Shown here one piece after another: positions 15,723-23,628 of a DNA stretch of 29,813 nucleotides. The stretch covers positions 1 to 29,813 of the forward strand of contig CBILQL010000001.1 of the NCBI GenBank assembly GCA_966238865.1. The letters are read 5' to 3'. Both the position numbers and the translations under genes were made by a program. This DNA comes from an uncultured bacterium (GTDB lineage Bacteria; Fibrobacterota; Fibrobacteria; UBA11236). Below the pieces are notes generated by a model that saw only the letters and a list, made by a program, of their open reading frames with translations, was not told the origin of the DNA and made no database searches. Positions within the stretch are counted from its first letter, which is position 1. Each line of letters begins with the position of its first letter.

Positions 15723-16133
15723 TCATGCCGTCCCGGCGGCGTAATAAGGCAGGGCGCCCGCGAGGCGGTACCCCTCCCCCGCCCTCTCCAGGTACCGCGT
15801 CACGGGTCCATTGGTGATCATCACGTATTCGCAAGGCACCCTGGCCAGGTAATGGGCCGCCTGCAGGGCCACGTCGTCGTCGAGGCGCACCCCCGGGGCC
15901 TTGCACTCGACCAGCAGCCAGGGGGCCAGCGCCCCGGCGCCCGGCTTCCAGACCACGATGTCCACCCGCCTGAAGTCTCCGGGCACCAGGGAGGACAGGG
16001 AGAACTCCACCCCGATGAGCCGCGGAGGCACCCGCAACGTTTCCATCAGGTAGCGCAGCACCGCCTGGCGCACCGCCTCCTCGGGGGTGGCCGGCACCTC
16101 GCGCCTGCGGATGGGGTCGTAGAGCGGGCTCAC
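15723..16133 (-). CDS. Stand-alone type I restriction enzyme HsdR N-terminal domain (HSDR_N_2-like, PD-(D/E)xK fold)
   Basis: LYDPIRRREVPATPEEAVRQ, RRVDIVVW, LLVECKAP, QAAHY, MITNG. GTG start. Confidence 0.8.
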   Translation of the reverse strand: MSPLYDPIRRREVPATPEEAVRQAVLRYLMETLRVPPRLIGVEFSLSSLVPGDFRRVDIVVWKPGAGALAPWLLVECKAPGVRLDDDVALQAAHYLARVPCEYVMITNGPVTRYLERAGEGYRLAGALPYYAAGTA

Positions 16134-16172
16134 CCCGGCGGCCTCACCGGGGGCCGCCGGTAGCGCGGGGGA

Positions 16173-17357
16173 TCATTGGGCGACGATATGGGCCACCACC
16201 ATGCGGTGGTCGGAGGCCAGGAAGGATTTCCCGTCCGCGGCGGTGAACGCGCCCTTGACCCGGGTGCGGCTGAGCACGCGGCCCACCAGGCCCCGGGCCA
16301 AGACGTAGTCGATGCGCCGGTTGCTGAACGTCGCCGTCGTGTCCGACAATTCGGCGTTCTCCACGCAGCATGTGAAGCCTTCGTCCTCGGCTACCGAGGC
16401 GTCGAAGGTGTCGGCGAACCCGACGTCCAGGAGCGCCTTGTGGCCCTCCGTCCCCGGCGCCGAATTCAGGTCCCCGAGAACCACCTGGAGCCTGCCCCGG
16501 GAGGCGCCTGCCCGCTGCGACCTTTCCTGGACGCTGTCGGCGAAGATCACCAGCTCCGAAGCCTGGCTTTTCCGGTAGCTGGTGATCACCTCGAGATGGG
16601 TGTTGAAGGCCTGGAACACGACGCCGCGCGGGCTCCTGAGCTTCAGGAGATCGACGGCACGCTCCGTCACGGTCCCCAGGGTGTCCAGCGGGAGCAGGTT
16701 GTAGTACATCTCGCGGGCGGAATCGAGGATGTCGAAGCCGGGTTTCACCAGGAAGGCGTTCCCCTCCCGGAAGCGCACGGTGATGCTGCTGTCCCCCTTG
16801 CGCCCCGTCAGGACGGTGTCGTTGAGGACGGTGCCGACCGCGGCATAGGCGGGCCCGCCCAGGGAGTCGACGGCGCGCACCAGCTCGGCCAGGAAGTCGT
16901 TCACCAGGACGCCCGACTCCCAGATGGTCATCACCTCCTGGAGGCCCACGACGTCCGGGTCCTCGGCGACGATCTCGCGGGCCATGGCCTTGACGCGTTC
17001 GGCCGGATATCCGCTCTTGAACTGGCCGTACATCTCCTGGATGGCATCGTAGGCCACGGCGGGCTCGTCCATCCGCAGGAATAGCAGTTGGGCCACGGGG
17101 AAGCCGATGCTCATGTTGAGGGAGGCCAGGCGCAAGGTGTCCGTCGGCAGGGCGGGGTCCGGGGCGACGAAAGCGGTGGTGTCCGCGTCGTAATCGACCT
17201 TTGGTCCGCCCGTGACGTCGCCGCTCTTCCCGCAACCCGCGGCCGCGAGCAACGCCGTCGCAATCCCGAAACGGAGCAGGCCGGACGCCGGGCGGCGCAG
17301 GGCGGCCGGAAGCCGCCGCAGCGCATCCGATCCCGGGGCATGCGAATACCGGTTCAT
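16173..17357 (-). CDS. Endonuclease/exonuclease/phosphatase (EEP) family lipoprotein
   Basis: Start ATG 17357 overlaps the upstream stop (ATGA). Lipobox LLAAAG-C. Catalytic motifs SLNM, GLQEV, NTHLE, LGDLNS, RIDYV, SDH are all present. Confidence 0.85.
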   Translation of the reverse strand: MNRYSHAPGSDALRRLPAALRRPASGLLRFGIATALLAAAGCGKSGDVTGGPKVDYDADTTAFVAPDPALPTDTLRLASLNMSIGFPVAQLLFLRMDEPAVAYDAIQEMYGQFKSGYPAERVKAMAREIVAEDPDVVGLQEVMTIWESGVLVNDFLAELVRAVDSLGGPAYAAVGTVLNDTVLTGRKGDSSITVRFREGNAFLVKPGFDILDSAREMYYNLLPLDTLGTVTERAVDLLKLRSPRGVVFQAFNTHLEVITSYRKSQASELVIFADSVQERSQRAGASRGRLQVVLGDLNSAPGTEGHKALLDVGFADTFDASVAEDEGFTCCVENAELSDTTATFSNRRIDYVLARGLVGRVLSRTRVKGAFTAADGKSFLASDHRMVVAHIVAQ

Positions 17358-18265
17358 AGATCCCTCCAGTACAGGTTGATCTTGAGGCTTACGAACCACC
17401 CGGTGAAGTCCCCCTGGACCAGGTGGAATTTGCTTTGATCGGCCTTGGCGCGTTTCGCGGCGTTCTCTTCGGTGCCGACATAGATCTCGTCCGGCAGCGC
17501 CGGGTTCGAGTATTTCTGGATGTAGAGGCGCGCGCCCTCCTCGGCGTCCGGGAAGACGACCTGGAAGATTTTGGAGGTGCCTTCGCGGTTCCGGAGCTCG
17601 AAGCCCTGCAACCCCGAGTAGCGCCAGCCGAAGCGGGTATTCAACCCCAGGAACCGCCAGGGCAGGTACTCGAGGTCGGCGAACACCTTCTGCACCGGGT
17701 TGATTCCCGGCCACACGTCGAAGCGCGTATTGTCGTTGGGGATGGCTCCCTCGCCGAAATACTCCGAGTTCAGCTCGATGGTCGCCGAACCGGCCATGAT
17801 CCCCAGCCCATAGCCGCCTTCGATGCGGAAATGCCGGCCGAGATCGGTGCCGTAGGAGACCTGGGCCGTGATGGGCAGGAAATTGAAGGTCTCCTTCGCA
17901 TCCACGCAGCCATACAGCCTGTCGCTCACGTAATTCGGGTCCCGCAACGTCGCGCAGGAGACGCGGTAGGATCGTCCCGCCTCCTTCAGGTCGAAAGGCA
18001 CCTCATCCTGGTGGAACTTCTCGACCCAGAACTCGGTCTCCAATCCCAGCCTCCAATGGCGGTTCTTCCATCCCACCATGAGGGCAGTCTGGGGGTGGCC
18101 GTCGAACTGGTTCACCTGGTAGGGGTTGAATCCCTGCTCCTTGGTAGTCTTCTCCATGAGCACCAGGATCTTGTTGAGGTCCGCGGCCCGGTAGTGGGTA
18201 TATCCCTCGGAGCCCGAGAGGAAAAGATCCCAGGCCGAGGGCCGCAGCCAGGAGCCCCATCCCAT
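17354..18265 (-). CDS. Putative outer-membrane beta-barrel protein; 5' end uncertain
   Basis: Alternating aromatic/Gly amphipathic strands (WRLGLETEFW, FRIEGGYGLG, LGLNTRFGWRY) and terminal strand FTGWFVSLKINLYW. No normal signal peptide in the annotated frame. Confidence 0.55.
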   Translation of the reverse strand: MGWGSWLRPSAWDLFLSGSEGYTHYRAADLNKILVLMEKTTKEQGFNPYQVNQFDGHPQTALMVGWKNRHWRLGLETEFWVEKFHQDEVPFDLKEAGRSYRVSCATLRDPNYVSDRLYGCVDAKETFNFLPITAQVSYGTDLGRHFRIEGGYGLGIMAGSATIELNSEYFGEGAIPNDNTRFDVWPGINPVQKVFADLEYLPWRFLGLNTRFGWRYSGLQGFELRNREGTSKIFQVVFPDAEEGARLYIQKYSNPALPDEIYVGTEENAAKRAKADQSKFHLVQGDFTGWFVSLKINLYWRDL

Positions 18266-18370
18266 GCGATGTTCTCAGAATTCCCCTCCGTGGCTGCCGG
18301 CGGCGCCCGTTGCAGCCATCCGCCGCATTGGCGGATGCGCAAGTGCGGCGGCACAGGCGCGTCCGCTGCA

Positions 18371-18376
18371 AATATA
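18371..18376 (-). promoter_or_regulatory. Possible -10 element for the barrel/EEP/HsdR-N operon
   Basis: Minus-strand TATATT(TG), the same hexamer as upstream of tatA, in an AT-enriched spot about 105 nt above ATG 18265. No clear -35. Confidence 0.3.
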
Positions 18377-18458
18377 ACGCCTGGGGTGCGCTTCTGGGCG
18401 TCCGGCCGCGGAGGTTTTCCGGGACGACGGCCCGCTGACGCGGGAATTGCCCGGTACC

Positions 18459-19172
18459 TTACCAGCGTTCCCGCAAATGCCACAACCAGCGGCGTCCGCC
18501 GGCCGCGGACATCCAAAGGGTGACCGGCAGCAGCACCACGTCGCGGATCAGGGAGAACCAGGTCTCGCCGGCGTCGGCGGCGCCGGCGATGTCGAAGCAG
18601 CCGCAGGCGATGCCGAGGCCGCGCGCCAGCGCCTGGGCCAGGGCGATGATGAACATGACCATGAGCAGGCCCGTCAGGGCCGAGTACTCCCGCTCCCAGG
18701 GCGTCAGGAGGAGGCCGACGGCGACCACGATCTCGAAGGACGAGAGCCAGAGGGAGAAGGGATTCACCAGGAAGGCGGGGAGGAACTGGTACTGCGCCAC
18801 CAGCAGGGCGAAATCCGCCGGGTCCGAGAACTTGGGCCAGGCCGCGGCGAGGAACATGACGGCGAGGCCGATGCGGAAGGCGGAGAGCAGGATCGGCGAC
18901 GCGGCGCCCCCGGTCTTCCGGGCATAGGCAATGGCGGCGGCCAGCACGGCGATCACTCCGAGGATAATCGCCTTGTGGGCCAGGAATCCCTTCCAGGCCA
19001 CCTTGAATCCGGCGGCGATGCCGTCCATGGCGCCCAGGGACGGCCAGCCCTCCGGCTTGGGCAGGATCTCCGGGCTGCCCACCCAGGCCACGGCGGAATC
19101 GTTGACGAGATTGTTGATCACGGCGAGGAGGACGCTGGCAATCAGGGCTCCCCAGAGCACGCGGATTTTCAT
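18459..19172 (-). CDS. MauE/DoxX family membrane protein with an N-terminal extension
   Basis: RIGLAVMFLAAAWPKFSDP, FEIVVAVGLL and GLGIACGCF motifs; several TM segments. Confidence 0.8.
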   Translation of the reverse strand: MKIRVLWGALIASVLLAVINNLVNDSAVAWVGSPEILPKPEGWPSLGAMDGIAAGFKVAWKGFLAHKAIILGVIAVLAAAIAYARKTGGAASPILLSAFRIGLAVMFLAAAWPKFSDPADFALLVAQYQFLPAFLVNPFSLWLSSFEIVVAVGLLLTPWEREYSALTGLLMVMFIIALAQALARGLGIACGCFDIAGAADAGETWFSLIRDVVLLPVTLWMSAAGGRRWLWHLRERW

Positions 19173-19235
19173 GGCTTCGATCTCTTCCTTCCCGGCCCCG
19201 TCGAAGGCCTTCGGCTGGCAAGGAAAGTACTTAAT

Positions 19236-19244
19236 TGCTAAGAT
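19236..19244 (+). promoter_or_regulatory. Putative extended -10 element for metF
   Basis: TGCTAAGAT, 13 nt before ATG 19258. Confidence 0.5.
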
Positions 19245-19257
19245 TCAAACCCATACC

Positions 19258-20145
19258 ATGGGCTTCTTCGACCGCCTCAGCCGGGGCATTCCGACCCTGT
19301 CCTTCGAGCTCTTCCCGCCCAAGAACCCGGCGGGCTGGGGTACCCTGTACGGCACCCTGGGCGAAATCTCGAAGCTGTCCCCGGACTTCATCTCGGTGAC
19401 CTACGGCGCCGGCGGATCCACGCGGTCAAAGACCGTCGACCTGGTGTCGCGCATCCAGGGCGAGCTCGGCATCGAAACCATGGCCCATCTCACCTGCGTA
19501 GGCCACAGCCGGACCGAGATCGGCGAGATCCTCTCGTCCCTGGAGGCTTCCGGCGTCCGCAACGTGCTGGCCCTGCGCGGCGATCCGCCCAAGGGCGACA
19601 AGGCCTTCAAGCCCCATCCCGAGGGATTCGCCCACGCTTCCGATCTCATCGCCTTCATCAAGGGCCGATACGGCCTCAATATCGGCTGCGCCTACTACCC
19701 CGAGAAGCACGTGGAGGCGGCGAGCCTCGAGCAGGACCTCGCCTACCTCAAGCTCAAGCAGGACAACGGCGGCCAGTTCACCGTCAGCCAGCTGTTCTTC
19801 GACAACGAGTCCTTCTACCGGTTCCGGGACAAGGCCCTCAAGGCCGGAGTGACCATGCCCCTGGTGGCCGGCATCATGCCGGTGCTGGAAATCGGCCAGC
19901 TCGGTCGTTTCAAGGAGCTTTCCGGCTGCGCCATCCCGGACAGCCTGGTGGCATCCCTCGGCGACGGCCGGAACGGCGACGTGGTGGATCGCGGCGTGGA
20001 ATACGCCACGAACCAATGCCTAGACCTGCTGAAGAACGGCATCGCCGGAATCCATCTCTATTGCCTCAACCGCAGCCACAGCGCCGCGCGCATCACCGGG
20101 AATCTACGCAAAGCCGGCCACTTCCCCGTTCCAGCCAAAGCCTGA
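19258..20145 (+). CDS. metF: 5,10-methylenetetrahydrofolate reductase
   Basis: LSFELFPPK, FISVTYGAGGS, MAHLTC, LALRGDPP, YPEKH, SQLFFD, GIHLY. Start 19258 is preferred to the track start 18931. Confidence 0.95.
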   Translation: MGFFDRLSRGIPTLSFELFPPKNPAGWGTLYGTLGEISKLSPDFISVTYGAGGSTRSKTVDLVSRIQGELGIETMAHLTCVGHSRTEIGEILSSLEASGVRNVLALRGDPPKGDKAFKPHPEGFAHASDLIAFIKGRYGLNIGCAYYPEKHVEAASLEQDLAYLKLKQDNGGQFTVSQLFFDNESFYRFRDKALKAGVTMPLVAGIMPVLEIGQLGRFKELSGCAIPDSLVASLGDGRNGDVVDRGVEYATNQCLDLLKNGIAGIHLYCLNRSHSAARITGNLRKAGHFPVPAKA

Positions 20146-20166
20146 ACGGGCTCCGAGGACCGGCCC

Positions 20167-21453
20167 TTGTTCTCCCGACGCTTCTCCCGCCCTACGGAGC
20201 ATAGTCCGCTATGGGCGGCCCGCGCGGCGCGCGAGGCCTCGGGCGCGCCGGTCCTCGATCTCACCCGCACCAATCCCACCGCCGCCGGCATCGCCTACCC
20301 TGCCGATCTCCCCTCCCTGCTGGCCCGCGACTCCGTGCTCCGCTACGATCCGTCCCCGCGCGGATCGCGGTCCGCCCGGGAGGCGGTGGCCGCCTACCTC
20401 GGCGGCGCGGACCCCGACCACATCCTCCTCACCGCCAGCACCTCCGAAGCCTACGGCTTCCTGTTCAAGCTGCTCTGCGACCCCGGCGACGAAGTCCTCA
20501 TCCCCACGCCCACCTACCCCCTGTTCGACGCCCTGGCCGAGCTGGACCACGTGTCCCTGGTCCGCTATCCGCTGCGTTACGGTGACCGCCGGGACGAGGG
20601 CCGGGGTCGTCAGGACGAGGGGCGGGGTCTCCGCGGCGATGGCGCCGGTGCCGGATCCGGATGGCGCGCCGATTCCGCCTTCCTCCGCCGCATCGTCTCC
20701 ACCCGCACCCGGGCCCTCATCCTGGTGACCCCGAACAATCCCACCGGCCACGCCGCCGATCCCGCCGAGATCGCCGTCTACCTGGAGCTGGCCCGGGAGC
20801 ATGGCCTGGCCCTCATCGTCGACGAGGTCTTCTCCGAATACCTCCTGGCCGGCGGCCGCACCCGTCCCGTGGTCTCGGACGGGCCCCTCGTGTTCACCCT
20901 GAACGGCCTGTCCAAGCTGGCCGGACTGCCCCAGCTCAAGCTCGGCTGGATCCATGCCCAGGGGGATCCGGCGGCGGTGCGCGCCGCCCTGGAGCATCTC
21001 GAATGGATCGCCGACGCATACCTGTCGGTGAACACGCCGGTGCAGGAGGCCTGCGCCGACCTGCTGGCCCGGGCCCCCGCCTTGCGGGCCCCCATCCTGA
21101 CCCGCCTGCGGGCAAACCTGTCCACGGCCCGGCGTCTACTCCCGGAAGGAAGCGCCTCGCCGGGAGGAGCGCCGGCACGCCTCCGGGCCCTGGTCCCGGA
21201 GGCGGGATGGTCCCTGGTGCTCGCTGCCGATCTCCCCCCCTCCCCGGGCTCCGCCCGCGGGGATGCCCCGGACGAGGATGCCTTCGCCCTGGGCCTGCTG
21301 GAGCGGGGTGTTTACGTCCATCCCGGCCACCTCTTCGGCTTCGAGGAGGAGGAAGGCCGCCTGCACCTGGTCGTCAGCCTGCTGGGGCCGGAAGCGGAAT
21401 TCGCGGAAGGATTGCGGCGCATCGCCGCCTACGTGGAGGAGTTGCATGCCTGA
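20167..21453 (+). CDS. PLP-dependent aminotransferase class I/II
   Basis: LDLTRTNP, TASTSEAY, PTYPLF, VTPNNPTG, IVDEVF, NGLSKLAGLPQLKLGW (PLP lysine). TTG start. Confidence 0.88.
   Translation: MFSRRFSRPTEHSPLWAARAAREASGAPVLDLTRTNPTAAGIAYPADLPSLLARDSVLRYDPSPRGSRSAREAVAAYLGGADPDHILLTASTSEAYGFLFKLLCDPGDEVLIPTPTYPLFDALAELDHVSLVRYPLRYGDRRDEGRGRQDEGRGLRGDGAGAGSGWRADSAFLRRIVSTRTRALILVTPNNPTGHAADPAEIAVYLELAREHGLALIVDEVFSEYLLAGGRTRPVVSDGPLVFTLNGLSKLAGLPQLKLGWIHAQGDPAAVRAALEHLEWIADAYLSVNTPVQEACADLLARAPALRAPILTRLRANLSTARRLLPEGSASPGGAPARLRALVPEAGWSLVLAADLPPSPGSARGDAPDEDAFALGLLERGVYVHPGHLFGFEEEEGRLHLVVSLLGPEAEFAEGLRRIAAYVEELHA
20592..20629 (+). repeat. In-frame 21-nt-period tandem duplication
   Basis: GGACGAGGGCCGGGGTC (20592-20608) and GGACGAGGGGCGGGGTC (20613-20629), 16/17 identical, encoding RDEGRGR/QDEGRGL. 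Confidence 0.85.
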
Positions 21454-22357
21454 ATCCGCCGCCCTGGAAACCGCCTTGGACTCCGCGTCTTCCCGGGCCG
21501 TGAAGGACAAAGTCCGGCGCTATTACCGCGCGGCCACCGAGGACTATCTCAAGTATTACGAAGCCGACTGGCATCATCACATGCATTACGGTTTCGAGCG
21601 CGATCTGCCGAAGGGCGGAAACCCCACCGAGAACCTCGTGCGCTATATGGCACGCCTGGCCGGCCTGCTGGACGACCGCGGCGCCGGCGCCGCGCCTCTC
21701 CAGGTGCTGGACGCCGGGTGCGGCGTGGGCGGCTCCTCCATCTGGCTGGCCCGGAACGCGCACTGCCGCTGCGTGGGCATCACCTTGATGGAAAGCCAGG
21801 CTCGCCTGGCCCGCGGCTACGCGGCCCGGGGCAAGGCATCGGGAGCGCGATTCGCCGCCAACGATTTCACCCTCCCCGCCTTCAAGCCGGAATCCTTCGA
21901 CGTGGTCTGGGCCCTGGAAAGCTTCGACCATGCCCCGGACAAGGCCGCCTGGCTTCGGGAGATGTATTCCCTGCTCAAGCCCGGCGGCCGCCTCATCCTC
22001 GCGGACGGCTTCCGCACGCAGGGGCCCATGGATCCGGCCCTGGCGAAGGACTACGCCCGCTTCCTGTCCGGCTGGGCGGTGCCCCACCTCTGCACCGTGG
22101 AAGAGCTGGAGGCCTGGGCGCGAAACGCGGGATTCGCAACCCTGCACGCGGAGGATATCAGCGCCGACGTGCTGCCCCATGCCCTGGCCATCTACCGCTT
22201 CGGTCTCCTCTTCATCCCCTGGCGCTGGGCCTTGCGCAAGCTCGGCCTCACCAGCGAGGAGAAGCTCGGCAACGCCTACGCCACCTTCCACCAATACCGG
22301 ACCCTGAAACGGCGGCTTTGGACCTACGGGGTCTATTGCTTCCGCAAGCCGGGCTGA
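21446..22357 (+). CDS. Class I SAM-dependent methyltransferase (tocopherol/sterol/RebM-like)
   Basis: HHHMHYGF, VLDAGCGVGGSSIWLA, FDVVWALES, LKPGGRLILAD. ATG 21446 follows GGAGGAG and overlaps the upstream gene by 8 nt. Confidence 0.85.
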   Translation: MPESAALETALDSASSRAVKDKVRRYYRAATEDYLKYYEADWHHHMHYGFERDLPKGGNPTENLVRYMARLAGLLDDRGAGAAPLQVLDAGCGVGGSSIWLARNAHCRCVGITLMESQARLARGYAARGKASGARFAANDFTLPAFKPESFDVVWALESFDHAPDKAAWLREMYSLLKPGGRLILADGFRTQGPMDPALAKDYARFLSGWAVPHLCTVEELEAWARNAGFATLHAEDISADVLPHALAIYRFGLLFIPWRWALRKLGLTSEEKLGNAYATFHQYRTLKRRLWTYGVYCFRKPG

Positions 22358-22402
22358 AACCGGCAGGATACCCGACCCGGCCGGACCTGGCTGGGAAAGC
22401 GA

Positions 22403-23572
22403 TCAGTCCGGAAAAAGCGATAACTGGTCCGATGCCGGGCGCGGCTTCCCGGCCTTCGCGCCGCGACCGGCCGCCCCGCGCGCCTGCAGGGCTTCCAGGT
22501 CCGCCAGGCCGTCCCGCATCGTGACTCCCGCCGTCGAGGCCCGGCCCCGCCCCTCCAGGGCCCGCAACTTCTCCCCCGCGTCGAATCCCAACCGGCGCGC
22601 GTGCACGGAGAAGATCTGCTCCACCATGTCCGCCATCTTGCCGGAGCCGCGCATGCGCGATCCCCATTGGGAGCGGTACCATTCGCCGTCCCGGGTCTCC
22701 CGGATATGGTGCGCGATCTTGCCGGCATGGTCGGGAAGGTCGCGGCGGATCCGCTCCAGGAACACGTCCTTGACCGCGCCGGGCAGGCGCAGCAGCACGT
22801 AGAAGGCGAAGGTGGCCCCGGCTTCCCGCGCGCGGGCCAGCAGGGCCGGGATGTCGCTGTCGGTGAGGCCGGGAATGACCGGGCCCAGGGAGATGCCGGT
22901 GGGCAGTCCGGCCCGGCTCAGTTTCTCCAACGCCCGGAAGCGCAGCTCCGGCGGGGGCGCGAAGGGTTCGATCACGCGGGCCACGCGGGCATCCAGGATG
23001 GGGATGGAAATCACCACCCCCGCTCCGGCGGCCCGGTCCAGGTCGGCGATCAGCTCCAGGTCCCGGAGGACCAGGGTGGACTTGGTGATGATGGACACGG
23101 GATTGGCGAAGTCGCGGCACACCTCCAGGCAGGCGCGGGTCAAACCCAGCTTGTGCTCGGCGGGCTGGTAGCAATCCGTGACCCCGGAGAAGGTGATGGC
23201 CTCCCCCGCCCAGGAGGGCGAAGACAGCTTCTTGCGGAGCAGCTCGGCGGCGTTCACCTTGGCGTAGATCTGGGTGTCGAAATCCGTGCCCGCGCCCAAC
23301 CCCAGGTATTCGTGGGAAGGACGCGCGAAGCAATAGGCGCAGGCATGCGCGCAACCACGGTAGGGATTGACGCTGTATCGGAAGGGGATGTCCGGACTCT
23401 CGTTCGCGGAGAGGATCGACTTCGCCCGCTCCTCGTGGATGCGCAGCGTCTGCGGCAGCTCCACCCCCTCCTCCCATTCCACCACGGTGGATTCGAAGCG
23501 GTTATGGAGGTTCGATTCCTGGCGCACGGAATATGCAGGCGCCTTGGGTCTTTCGGAAGGAAGACGGGACAT
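22403..23572 (-). CDS. PA0069/Rv2578c-family radical SAM protein (SPL-like)
   Basis: SPDIPFRYSVNPYRGCAHACAYCFARPSHEYL (CxxxCxxC), SGVTDCYQP, IITKS, EP..PPP..R. Start 23572 follows GGAG. Confidence 0.88.
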   Translation of the reverse strand: MSRLPSERPKAPAYSVRQESNLHNRFESTVVEWEEGVELPQTLRIHEERAKSILSANESPDIPFRYSVNPYRGCAHACAYCFARPSHEYLGLGAGTDFDTQIYAKVNAAELLRKKLSSPSWAGEAITFSGVTDCYQPAEHKLGLTRACLEVCRDFANPVSIITKSTLVLRDLELIADLDRAAGAGVVISIPILDARVARVIEPFAPPPELRFRALEKLSRAGLPTGISLGPVIPGLTDSDIPALLARAREAGATFAFYVLLRLPGAVKDVFLERIRRDLPDHAGKIAHHIRETRDGEWYRSQWGSRMRGSGKMADMVEQIFSVHARRLGFDAGEKLRALEGRGRASTAGVTMRDGLADLEALQARGAAGRGAKAGKPRPASDQLSLFPD

Positions 23573-23628
23573 GGATGAACTCCTCCGGTCCGATTCGGCG
23601 GAGAGGAGCGCATCCTCTCCGCCGCGAT

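Noticed and set aside
15723-16133. Type I restriction-modification system
   Set aside because: Only a short N-terminal domain is present; there is no helicase, hsdM or hsdS in the window.
18266-18458. TPP-riboswitch-like fragments (GGGGTGC on plus, CTGAGA on minus)
   Set aside because: They are on opposite strands and lack the rest of the aptamer consensus.
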